64,000 nt of DNA from Azolla caroliniana (GCA_043228905.1 JBHGNT010000008.1:14570001-14634000), one strand, 5' to 3'. Counted from the first letter of the stretch, positions 11,338 to 24,000 are shown. Notes: generated by a model from the letters alone, not told the origin. Made by a program: numbers and translations.

Positions 11338-14009
11338 TTAAGACATGTCTGATGGACTAGAAGAGCCTTCTGACGTCTCATCCTCATCATCAGTGGCAAT
11401 CAAAGCATTATCCTCATCCAATTCCAACCCAACATCTTTGTGGTTATGAGAATTGCTTCTAGTTATTCTCTGTATTTCGTTTGACACCATGTTTGGGATT
11501 TTCTCCTTTATTATCTTGATAGTTGCTTGTCTTAGATGACCTGATTTTGTCAATGAGAAGTCATATACTAGTATGTCAACACGGTCTAGTGCGAGAGTAG
11601 CCATGCTCGATATGTTCTTTCTTCTTCTCTTTCTGCTTGAACATCCGACATCCTTAACCATCTCTAAAGAATACTTTCCTGTAAATGCATCAGTTGAATT
11701 TGTCTGATACCAATGGACTACTATTGACTTTGTCTGACTACTTTCTTCATCCCTTACTAATTCAATAATTTTTGCAATCCAAAATGGATGGCCCAAGGTA
11801 TCGTCCCCTGCTAATGTTGCAACCAACATTCCCACTTGTAGTTCTTGCAAATTACCTTGCCATCTTGCCTCAACAATACGTGACTTTCTTGGTCCCACAT
11901 AAATATCTCTTTGCACTGGCCGAACTAAATCATGAAGCTCCATATTATTCGATTGTTGGTGATGAGTCTGTGATATCGTTGATGTCATCCCAATGTTCCA
12001 TGTGAATGGGATACGGATTGGCCATAAACCGGCAATGTAATTATCTAAAATGGTGCGTTGATGGGTGAAGAAAATCTCCCATCATTCAACATCCTCATCA
12101 CCGGCATACTTCTTAGTCCGATCAATATTATTTTGTTTCTCTGCTAGACATCTCAACCAATATGCCCTTTGTTCATCAATAGTACTATTTGGTGCTACAT
12201 TTTTACGATCATCATATGGCATTTGTTGTGCACCATGTAGAGGTTCATCTGGGATATGAAGAAGGAGCCTACAACCTTCTTGGGGCTCCCATTGTGCACT
12301 AGATGAGTATTGTTTCGCAAACAACACCGTCATCTTCAGGTGGGCCGATCTTTGTTTTATGAGGAAGACATGGTTGAAACTTATATTATTAAGAGGTGCA
12401 AGCACCCTACCTTTAGTCCCGTCACTATCCATGCAGAAACGTTTAAAGTCGTATACTTCTTCCAAGTGTTGTACTTCAGGCTTTGGTGTATATGCTTCAC
12501 TAATCAATTTGGATAGCGTGGGAAGTGTGAAAGCATTACAGCGAGCAAGTTTCTTTGAGAACCTATTGAACATTTGATCTATGTGATCATGGGTATGACC
12601 AACCAACAAGAAGTTAACCTTTATCTTTTTAAATATGCCCCTCTCTACTAGCATGCTTAGATAGCCGAAGACAGTTGAGTTCTTATTCTCTCTTGCTTTG
12701 TTGTCTAGTTGCACATATAGAACTGGCGGGAGTATACCTGACCATGATTGCAAAACCTTGTGCATGAAAGTGACAGTAAGATTAGGGTCGTTGTGGATAT
12801 TGGGATAAGTTAAGAACACTTGCGGTCTTATAGTTTGATAGTATGTCAAACAACCCACTAGATGCATTTGCACGAGACACTCATCTCCAATATCCTTGGG
12901 GAGTCTTTGAAAATGCGGCAAACAAGTTTTCTTTTGATCCATGTCGTCAATAATCATGCACATATACTTTTCGGGAGATTGAAACGCTTTTTGTCAGTGA
13001 TGCATAGCCTTAGTACGTTTCAATGCCTGACTTTCACGATGTTCTTTTAACAGGTTCTTGTAATTCTTGATCTCTACATCTGATTTTCCACCCTTGGCCA
13101 TACTTTTTAAACTCGCACATATTGAGCAGACTCCCATTCGCACCTTTCGTGGGATAACCACGTTATTAAATTGTAACCTCCATAGTCGATTAAAATGCTT
13201 GTACTGTATGTAAGGCTCAACATCGGAAGACATGTCGTCCTTGTATGATTGGTAAACTTCCCTTCGAGTAAAGTTATCTGATAAATGAAGTCTTCCTGTC
13301 GTTGGCATAACTTGCACTGTTTTGAAAAATATACCTCCATCCACCTAATTGCCTGTTGCCCAATTTGACCCTTACATCCAGAACCATTTTGATCGAACTG
13401 TACCCAGGAGCCCTTCACAAGTCGCTCTTGAACTCGTTGCAACCGCATATTTCCAATGCTATGAGTGATTTTAAAAGCTGCTCGACAACACTTGGTATAT
13501 AGTCCAAGGAAATATTCAACTTGCGTTGAATTAGGCCCTGCTTTGTGATCCAATTTAAGTTGCATATGCGCAATAAGAAATGTATCTTGGTCTTCCCCAT
13601 TAAGCGACAAGTATTTTTGTCGTGTTTCACGTAACCTTGACTTTCCATAAGTTGATAGACAGAGATTCACACAACACGATTTGTTCAAGTCGCATAGAAG
13701 TTGACGATCAGAACATAAGAAATTAAATCTCTTTTCACTAACTTGTCGAGGAACTCTTTTAAATGCTAGAGGTTTAGTAATGCTATTGTTATCTATCGAC
13801 GAAGAATCGTCCGCTTGTAGGATTGCATGAAGAGGCCCATCAACAGGATCAATTGAAAACAGAGAATTCGAAGTACTAGGAGCCACACTTTTCTGTTTAA
13901 GCCGCGAATGTTTTTTGTGGTCGTACTCTTCTATTGAGAAATACGAGTTATCTGTCAATGAAAAGGGGGCAATAGAAAAAAGAGATGTTCTACTTGTAGA
14001 AGAAGACAT
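11338..14009 (-). pseudogene. Transposase, Sola1-like/DUF7869-type RNase H-fold (~890 aa), with C-terminal BAH/SH3-like domain
   Basis: ORFs 13107-14009, 12994-13344, 12082-12963 and 11338-11988 join through one frameshift (~13330) and two in-frame TGAs (12994, 12082). Motifs: CCVNLC, CCRAAFKITHSIG, GVCSIC, IIDDMDQKK, LYVQLDNKARENKN, FLLVGHTHDHIDQMF. Confidence 0.8.
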
Positions 14010-14458
14010 TTGAGGGAGTCTAACTGTATTCTAAAACCTTCTTTCATGAAAATTAAGGAATGCTAAAGCCTAACTATATAACTACCCGAACACTTAGATT
14101 AACTATATTATTTTCCGAAATTTTCCTAAAAAACAAATAATTAAAAATTATTTTTTATTTTAAAAAGAATGCTAAAGTCTTCTATATAAGGAGGTTAGAA
14201 ATTTCATTTTCATTATCACGTGAAAGAATCCATCGAGCTCAGAGCACAGGCCAATTTTCGAGCACTCAGAAGCACATCTTGGACAACACTACCTCTGGCA
14301 CGAACCATGAACAAGGGAAAGAAAATCGTCAGGTTAGTAATATTCATTACATTTTTTAAGATTCCTAAAGATTCCTTAAAGATTCATTTCCTCAACACAT
14401 AGAAATTTTATTTTATCTTGTACAACGAACTTGGAAAGCAATTCTGAAAGCCAGGACC

Positions 14459-14671
14459 TTCAACCGAAATCCGGTGCAGTGCATCGGATTTCGGTTGAAA
14501 GGCAGGACCTTTCAAACAAAATCCGATGCACTGCATCGGATTTTGGTTGAAGGCAGGACTTTCAACCGAAATCCGATGCAGTGCATCGGATTTCGATTGA
14601 AAGGCCTGATTTCGGTTGAAAGGTCCTGCCTTCAACCAAATTCCAATGCACTGCATCGGATTTTGGTTGAA
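14459..14671. repeat. Array of four 41-bp palindromes plus a half unit between the divergent genes
   Basis: Consensus TTCAACCGAAATCCGATGCA-S-TGCATCGGATTTCGGTTGAA starting at 14459, 14511, 14561 and 14631, with GGCAGGAC-type linkers. Confidence 0.95.
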
Positions 14672-14802
14672 AAATATGTTGTTTTTGCGATAAAAAACTA
14701 TCGCATGGGACCATAAAATTGACGTAATTTATATGATAATTTGCGTGATTTAGATGAAATTGTACGTTGTTTCTATGTTTTCACCAACGTTTTTAATTTC
14801 AG

Positions 14803-17800
14803 TGAACCCAGAAAAAAAGTTCCTTCATTTAGATTGAAGATTCGATCTCCGACAAAACGAGATTCTGGCTCCTTCATGAAGGACACGAGTAAAAAGAATT
14901 TATTTGACTCAACGGGGGAAGGAGGATCCAAGTCATCTGTGGCTACTACCAAAATCAACAAAGGTAGTACGCAAGAGGAGAAAACGGTTGACGTGAAATA
15001 TAAGGATTACCCCGAACTTGAATGGTGTCTCTCTTATGTCGAGGAGGATGGGGTGCTGTTATTGATAATGGCAAAATCAGACGGGGAAGGGAAACTTCAG
15101 CTTGGAAAAACATTTAATTACGGACATGTAACCAAGCTAGAGTACGAAGACATTGATTCTACATGTATTTTAATCGACGTCTCGAGCTCAGTTGGCGACA
15201 GGCGATTGTGACTTGATGAGGGAAACCTAGTACCCGAATCTTGCAATCCCAAGGCTTTGCGTAAAGACCTGCAAACGAAAAATAACTTGTTGGTAGCTCT
15301 TCGGTCGTACGTGACAGGAGAGATGATGACCGGTGAAGCAGAAACTCCATCGAAAAAGTCTAGGAAGACAAATCCTGTTCAAAAAAAATATACTAAACGA
15401 CCACGACCCGAAGAAGAAGAAGAAGAAATATTAGAGTTCGTGGAAGAAGAAGACGACCAACAAGTCGACATCGTGGCTCCAGGCGGACAACTATCTTCTG
15501 GTGTCTTGACGTCAGAACAAAATAAAATAAGAGAAAATATTGTGAAGACTAAACTTGTGCGCAGGGGCCAGCTATTTCATTTGCCCATTACTTCTATCCA
15601 AAGGCCCCCCATTGACCCCGTGACTGGAAGACGTCCCTTGGAAATTAGGGAGCCGCACTCCGTCCATGTCCAAAACCTGAAAAGCAAAATGAAAATCAAT
15701 CCTCACTCTACTGTGTTGCCATTTTTGGTAATGTTTGATCAAGAACAATGCCCAACAATAGCATATTTCAAGTATAGCTCTGCTGACGATTACACATACT
15801 ATGTAATCGGAGGATCACATTCGGCCGAAGGTCGACGACAGCTTGTCAAAGAATATCCTCTCACGCCGTTCTTCAAATACGCCGAATGTAAGGTATATGC
15901 AGGACTAACTCACGAGGAGGCGAAGCTGCTCACATGGGACCATAACAATGACAACGATTATAGGCAAAAGATGTCATGTATAGAGAGGATAAGATTTTTT
16001 CATCATGAATACCTCGATGCCTTGAATCGTTTTGGTCCAAGATTGAGGCTTGGATTGCGACGCCAGTGTTTATTGGAAGTAGGGATTGCAGTGGATGAGA
16101 GTACGAAATCCGAAGGTCTCCGAAAATATGATTCTTGGTTTCAACTAGCTTTTCGGACCGGAGAGGTGTGGGATCTCCAAGACAAAATATTCTCTATGTG
16201 GGAGCGGAAAGAAGTCAAGGGGCAAAGATCAAAAAAGGGAAGAATTGATCCACAAGTTGAGATGAAATCAAAGACCAAGGGAAAAAGCGACTTGGTAATC
16301 GAGGAGTTACCAGAGGACATGAAACTTTTACCTTGGAGATCATTACAAGGTATCAAAGATGATAGATTGTTAATATACGTGCTATCTCGAGTGGTCGCCA
16401 AGGAATTTAGTTTGGACGAGATGGTAACAGACTTGCAAAAGTAAGTGTTTATAGTATACCTTTTCATGAAAGTCTTCAATTATTTTGAATATCTTATTTC
16501 TAATTTCATATTGATTGTGCAGTCACAATGTATACATGAAGATTTAGGAGTTGATGATGCAAAAACTGAGTTTACCGACATGGGAAGAAGTTGAACAAGC
16601 CTGCCCGATAACTTCTTCCTACAAGGTATTGGAGGAATATTTTATTGTATTTAGAGAATGGGTATGTGTCTTTTGAATGTTGATATGTTAGAAAGTAATG
16701 TTCCCTGCTAACAACAATGACACTTGCAGAAACCATCAAAATCGAAAAAGAACAACGACAATAATGACGGTATTCCAGCGGCCTTCATCACGCACTTAGA
16801 ACGTGCGAAATATGAGAAGAGAATGACCAAAGGGAAGGAAATGGAACTGCCCGAGGATTCGGACATTGTAAAGAGTTTTTTGCATAGGTCCGATCCTTTC
16901 AAATAGCTTCATTATAGTGTTTTCAATGGCGAAGTATCCCAGATGCACGAATTGTTACCGAGAAGGCACTACACTTTGCTGATAGCTGACATACCATATG
17001 GTTTCCGTATTGCGGGATCAACATATGATGATGTGCCTTTGATGTACCCTCAGATCGAGAAAATGGTAAAGGATTTCGCAGAACTGACATTGGCCCCCTT
17101 GTGGAGGATAGTCATATTTCATAGCATGGGGCAATCACTGTCAGTCACAACAGCTTTGAAGTCCCGTTGTCATGCCACTGAACACATGCATTGGTGCGTT
17201 ATAGTTCGCTTTTACTCATTACAGTACTTCTTATTATATGTACACATTTACACCTCTAATACTTGATTTTCTTTCTCTATAGGATCAAAACAAATATTAC
17301 ACGTAGCCCTGGCGATCGAATGGTTAGTGCGGTTGAACATTTTTGTGTGGGCTACTATGATTCAATTACAACGAAGAAGGCTAGAGCACATGTCAATGAG
17401 TGTAACGTGGTTAACTACATCATGTGCCAAGCCGTAACCAAAAAATTAAGACATGTGTCAGGGGATAAAAGTATGGTGAACCCTTATCAAAAACCTCAAA
17501 GATTGATCAACCGCCTCATAGAGCTCTTCTCGAATCCAGATGATTGGGTCCTAGACTTGTTCTCTGGCACAGGTATAATATATATATATTTAATTTCAAT
17601 CTTGTCTATCAAGTTTAAGACGTTACTTCTTATATATACTTGTTTGTGTTCATGCGACCATTAGGTACAACGACAACTTGTGCATTGAAGATGTTTAGAA
17701 ATTGTGTTGCATTGGAGAAGGACCCTGCTCAAGTTAACTTCATCAAAATGAGGATCACAGGAATCTGGGACTGTCCAGATCAGGATCAAGAAGTCGGAGC

Positions 17801-18014
17801 AAAACACATCAACGAGACAGAGATGTTCCAGATGACTTCACGAGAACCAATGGAACCAATTGATGAAGAAGCAGGGGAGCTGGTGGACCTGGAAGATGTA
17901 GCACAATTTGACTATACATCAGATTCGGGAGAGCTTGGAGATGACACGAATGAAAACAATCTAGAACAATCAGCGCTAGAGGAGCCTGCTCTGCCTGATT
18001 TGCTTATAGATTGA
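14803..18014 (+). pseudogene. Spliced ParB/Srx-like domain plus beta-class N6-adenine/N4-cytosine DNA methyltransferase fusion (~960 aa), three premature stops
   Basis: Exons 14803-16440, 16523-16661, 16730-17193, 17283-17572 and 17665-18014 are joined by phase-compatible GT-AG introns of 82, 68, 89 and 92 nt. Motifs: YYVIGGSHS (ParB/Srx-like), LLIADIPYG (motif IV, 16988-16999), W-IK, NPYQKP..LI..LI..FSNPDDWVLDLFSGTGTT (motifs X and I), RNCVALEKDP. Stops at 15209, 16545 and 16904. The start is uncertain (possible mini-exon from ATG 14705). Confidence 0.85.
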
Positions 18015-18839
18015 TGTAGATGGCGTAATGTAAAAATTGAGGATTTTGAGGCATAATGTTCACCATCACTTCATATTATATTTGTATATGAGAACATCTG
18101 TAATTGTTTATCGTTTAATTAAATTCACCTGTTCATAATTTCCCTTTTTAATCATTATTGGAACCGTTGTTTGTATTTACATATAATTGGTCACCATGCT
18201 CTTCTTCAGTTTGAGATATTAACATGATATTGTAATTTCTCATTTCCGTTAGCATGACTGTATATGAAAAGGCGAATGTTTTTTATAATAAGAGGTTTTT
18301 AGTTACCTACGGTTCAAGTCTACTGGTTCCACATAGTATAAATGAATGTCGTACGTAATTGTTACTCTTACCAATTACATTGTCATGAACTATATGACAT
18401 TATACAATGAAACTATCGATATACCCGTCCAACAAGTGGGGTACTACTTTATTCCTAAACCCAAAACCACATATTTATAATTACGGTTTATGTAGTTTTA
18501 CTCTACAATTTGAATATGGATACCAATTTTAGAACTTTATATTGAACCAAGTCTTCAATTGTGCTCCATGATATGCAAATTGACACGAATGTGGACACAT
18601 ATACAATTTAGTAATTGCTAGGTTTTTTTTGTTCTATATTTAACCATCAAGTCGCAAAAGGGGTACGCATGCATCATATATTTTCGATATCAGGCTAAAA
18701 TAGGGTACTTTTCTACATCTGGCCAACTATGCCAAAAGAGAATACGACATATTACCTGTTTCAAATGACCCGGTGTTCTTTATCTTCTTACTTCTCCCTC
18801 CCTTCATACTAATCTATTATTCCTCTTTTCTCTTATACT

Positions 18840-21045
18840 ATGGTCACTGTTAGCGCTCAAGAATATCAATCCGTTTTTTCGGAGTTGCAATGCTTGAAAG
18901 GGAAGTTTCTCGCATTGGAACAAGAAAATCAACGACTGTTGGGGGAGCTTCAACAAATCTCCTTAGAGAAGTAGCAAACGCAACAACAACACGGGGAACT
19001 AGTGTTACGCATGTAACAACTCAAAGCAACGATAGTAGTAATACAACAACAAGGACCTAGTAAGCAAGGGGTTCATTAAGAACCCAAGATCGGCCTTCCC
19101 AAGAAATTGGATGGAACGTGATTGCAGTTTAGAGGATTCCTTAATCAGGTATGATTAGTCATTCAAATGCATCCTTCCCGATATCCCATCAATGCATCAC
19201 GAGTGGGTTTAGTAGGCACATTGTTAAGTGGCTCAGCTTTGGCATGGTTCACTCCATTGTTAGAAAAGGAATCTCCTTTACTAAACAATTTTGAAGAGTT
19301 TTTAAGTGAGTTTAAAGCCTATTTTGGAGATACTGACAACATAAGGACAACAATCAACAAAATTCGACGATTATGTCAAGGTGATTGTCTAGCCTCCGCA
19401 TACGCTGCATATTTCCGCCTACTCGTCTCTGATATCCCCTAGGATGACCAAGCACTTATGGAGCAATTTCGTTATGGTCTACGTAACGATGTCAAGGATT
19501 TACTCTTGACCTTCCCCAAAGAACCAAAGTAATTGACAGAAGCAATCAGTCGCGCGGTCAGATGCGGCAACCGTCTTTTTGAACAACGTTCGGAACGTCG
19601 GTTCCAGATGCCAAGGGCAAGTTCAAAGCCCACCTATGCCTCGGTGGTAGAAAAACCTTTTCCAAGGGAGTCATATAATGTGTCTCCAGTGAATACTCCA
19701 ACTCCGATGGAAATTGACACTACATGTTGTTGCGGATCATTATCGGAAGAAGAAAAGCAGCGATGCCGAGCAAATCGACTATGTCTTTATTGCGGTGGAC
19801 CAAGGCATATTGTAGTGAACTATCCCCATAGGCCAAGAAGACAAGTGAACCAAATAGTTGCTAGTTCTAATTGTACTAAACCCGAGTCTATTTCAATAGG
19901 AATATCTGACAGTCCTAATAATACTAATAGCCCAAATCTATCGAACAAATTTGATGTCCTAAGTCAGTTAGAAGAAGAGTTAAATGACTAAGTCCAGCCA
20001 AAATAGGAGTTGTTTGGTTGGACAACCCTAGATTTGTGCAGCCCATTAGTGGTTCCATTCCCTCTAATCAAGTTAGCAATGTGTTCTTAGCCCAAGTAAC
20101 CGTTAGTACTTAAAGTACCTCTCTAGTACATGTCTCAACACTCCTAGATTCTGGAGCTAATTCTTGCTTCATGGATAGGAATTTTGCCCACTAAGAAAAC
20201 TCTAGTGTCCAGCCTTTGTAGTAGTAATTGATGGTCGTCTTATTGCTTCCGGAAATATCATAGAAGAGTTAGAGCCCGTTAATATTGTCCTAGATAATTT
20301 AGTGTGTGTAGTATCCTTTAATATAATTAGTATCCCAGAACATCCCATTGTTTTGGGATTACCATGGTTTGAATTACATAACCCAAACATAGATTGGAGA
20401 ACAAGAGAAATCCAGTATCGACAAATCCGAGGATCTACTCATAAGATTGCAACTATTTCGCTACATTAGTTGTGTGAGGAAGGACGCAAGGAAGAAATGT
20501 TTCTCTTCGCAGTATCAGTAAAACCCTCCAACATCACTAAAGAGTAGTCCACCATTCAACTTCCAGAGAAGTATCGTCTTTATGCCAATGTGTTCGATAA
20601 AGTACAAGCCAATACGCTTCCTCATCATCAACTGTATGATTGCCCCATCGATTTACAACCGGGAAAAGAGCCACCATGGGGACCGATCTACAATTTGTCA
20701 CCAACCGAGCTAGAAGTCCATCGAGACTATATAGAGGAGAATTTGGCAAATGGTTTCATTCGACATTCGAAATCTCCAGCCAACGCACCCATTTCCTTCG
20801 TCAAGAAAAAGGATGGATCACTTCCTCTCGTCGTAGATTACCGTGGCTTGAATAAGGTCACCATTAGGAATAGGTACGCACTTCCCCTTATCTCAAGTCT
20901 TTTAGAACAGCTCCATGGTGCAAGGTTCTTCACAAAGATCGACTTATGAGGAGCATATAACCTCGTACGGATCCGACCAGGGGATGAATGGCAGACCGCG
21001 TTTCGCACCAGCTATGGGCACTTCGAGTATACGGTCATGCCATTC
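18840..21045 (+). pseudogene. Chromovirus gag, protease and RT N-terminal part
   Basis: Retrotrans_gag-like [54 protein letters not shown]. Confidence 0.88.
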
Positions 21046-24000
21046 TATTAGAGACATGACTAATGTAAGCATAAAATAAGGATAAAAGATAGAAGGGAGA
21101 GAGAGAAAGAAAGGTGCCGATCTAGATCTCGTTTAACCCTCACACTTATCCACGTCTATAGAATACTACCGTAATTCTCACTACGAGATATTATATGGTC
21201 ATGCCTGTAACATTCTCCCCCTCTTTAAAACATTGCACTCTTGCAATGGAAAGTTAATTTTGAGAGTATTTTCCCGTTCCCATGTGGCATCTTTTATTGA
21301 TTTATCCATCCATTTTATTTTAAATTCTCGGATTTCTTTAGTACGTAATTTTTTTGTTTTAACATTGAGAATTCTTTCTGGTACATGTGGTTTAGAAGAT
21401 AATTCTTCAGAAGTAACCTGAGTTTTGGTTGTAATTGTATTGTCGCCAGAACCTAGAAGTTCTTTTAGACGACTCACATGAAAAACTGGATGAATTTCAA
21501 CACCATCGGGAAGAGCGAGACGATCGGCTGATGACCCAATGCGTTTTAGGACTGTAAAAGGTCCACAAAACCGTGGGGCTAACTTAGCTCACTTACCCTT
21601 AGACAATGTCTTAGAATTGTGAGCTACACGTAAAAATACCTTCTGTCTAGGGTTGAATACACGAGGTTGACTATGATGATCGGCATAAAAACGCGCTCTA
21701 TCTTGAGCTGTTTTTATATTATCTCATGCAATATGCAACATATCTTGCATATCCCGAAGAAAGTTTTACGTACTTCGCAACTCATCATGATGTATATTAA
21801 CATCAATCAGGGCTCGTGGCTGAAAACCATACATCAACATAAAAGGACTATATCTTGTCAATGTATGCTTGGGGCTGTTATAAGCAAACTCCAAAATTGG
21901 TAGATAACGTTCCCATTTTGTTGGTTTTGCACCAACGTATGCTCAAAGCCTGTCCCCAATAATTTGATTTACTTGTTCTATTTGTCCATCGGATTGAGGA
22001 TGATCTGTGGAGCTCATGGTCAACGTAGTTTCTAACTTCTTAAAGGCTTGCATCCAGAAGTCACTAGTAAATTTTGGATCTCGATCACTCACGATATCCA
22101 TCGGTAACCCATAAAAACGAAATAACTCGTCAACGAATTGGTAAGCCAATTCAAGAGCTATTAGCGTGGTTTTAGTAGCAATAAATCTGGCCATTTTAGT
22201 TAGTCTATCAACCACAACCCATATGGCATCATGGCCTTTTTGGGTGCGAGGAAGGCTAACAATAAAATCCATGGATATACTTTCCCACTTATTATTTGGA
22301 ATGTCCAAGGGATGTAAAAGTCTTGTGGCTTTGTTAACCTAACATTGGTGACATTTAGTCACATAACTATGTATGTTAGGGTGCATCTTAGACCAATAAT
22401 ATTGAGTGGAGATGAGAACGAGTGTATGATGTATTCCAGAGTGCCCTGCTGAGGGTGCATCATGGCATTCAAGAAGAATTCTCTTTTTGACCTAAGGAAA
22501 ATCTGGAACACAAACCTTCCCATTACAGTAGAGCAAACCGTTAACAATGTGGAAGTATTCCTTCGAGGATGTGGTGGTGTTTGTTCCAGACTCAACTCTT
22601 GCCTAGTATTTTGCAAAATAACTATCATCAGGATACTTTCCTTGAAGGTGATCATAAAGATATGATGTTATTTCAGTGAAGCTAATCATGTTAACTTCAC
22701 GGATGCAACTTAGTGCATGAGCGACAGTGTTCACTGAACCTTTACGATATTGTATGGAAAAATCAAAGTCCTGGATGAGATCAGCCCATCATGCCTTATG
22801 CCCTTTTAGGTCTTGCTGGTCACAAAAATATTTCAAGGACTCGTGGTCCGTAGTTACCACAAAGCGATTTCCATAAAGATAATGGCGCCATGTTTTGAGT
22901 GCATGTATAACTGCAAATAATTCTTGAACGGTATACCGACATTAAGCAGAATCAAGTTTGTTTCTCTCGAATGCTATTGGTATACCATCTCGATATAAGA
23001 CAACACCTATAGCATAATCGCTTGCATCGGTTTCAAGCTCAAAAGGTTTTGAAGGATCGGGTAAAAGAAGTGAAGGAGCCTTGCATACCAGGTCCTTGAG
23101 TTCCTTAAAGGCGAGGTCTACTATAGCATTCCAGACAATAGGTTTGGTAGACTTACGCGTTTGACCTTTTAGAAGATCAATAAACGACATTGTCAATTGG
23201 GAGTAATTACGAAGGGATTTTCGCAAAAACCCGACAAAACCAAGGAATGATCGAATTTCTCGAATAATCCGAAGAGTGGGCCAAAGATTGATTTTCTCGA
23301 TGCGAGAAGGATCAATTTCAACTCCTCGTTCGGTTATGAGATGTCCAAGATAAGTAATTGATTTCTTGAAGAACTCACATTTTGAGATCTTTGCATAAAA
23401 CTGTTTGTCACGCAATGTTTGTAAAACAAAGTGGACATGTTTAACATGTTCTTGTAATGTATGGCTATAAACTAAAATATCATCCAAGAAAATAATGACA
23501 AATTTTCCAAGTTGAATAATGTCATTCATTTCTTGTTGAAATGTAGCCGGAGCATTGGTTAAACCAAAAGGCATAACCAAAAACTCATAATTCCCATAGC
23601 GTGTACAAAATGCCGTTTTAGGAACATCATCCTCACTTATACGAATTTGATGGTAGGCAGTACGGAGATCAAGTTTCGTAAAATACCGAGCTCCCTAGAG
23701 ACGGTCAATTGGATCGTCAACTCGAGGCAATGGATACGAATTCTTGATCGTCACTTTATTCAAGTGTCGGTAATTAATACACATGCACCATGTGCCCTCT
23801 TTCTTTTTAACCAAGAGAACTAGTGCACCCCATGGAGATTTACTATAACGTATATAACCCATTCATAAATAGTCCTTGAGTTGCTTAGATACCTCATCCT
23901 CCTCAGATCGACTTAAGCGATAAGGAGGTATACTTATTGGTGCAACACCAGGTACAATATCTATATGATGGTCTATATTATGTTTAGGAGGTAACCCATT

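Larger units (their letters stand above)
11011..18777. mobile_element. 7767-bp TIR DNA transposon (Sola1-like DDD transposase) carrying a ParB-like/DNA amino-methyltransferase gene
   Basis: TIRs AACACCGGGTCATTTGAAACAGGTAATATGTCG (33 bp perfect, 36/37) at 11011-11047 and 18741-18777. 4-bp TSD CTTT at 11007-11010 and 18778-18781. Two divergent genes inside. Confidence 0.92.

Noticed and set aside
14459-14671. CRISPR array interpretation of the palindromes
   Set aside because: Linkers are ~10 nt and near-identical, there are no unique spacers or cas genes, and the context is eukaryotic.
14803-18014. Bacterial contamination or mis-assembly as the source of the MTase
   Set aside because: The gene has spliceosomal introns and sits inside TIRs and a TSD within a plant retrotransposon.
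11013-18775. Chapaev/CACTA/Transib assignment from the inner CAC...GTG termini
   Set aside because: With those ends the flanks (TTAA vs TTCT) do not form a TSD. AAC...GTT ends give a perfect CTTT duplication, and the transposase motifs do not fit those superfamilies.
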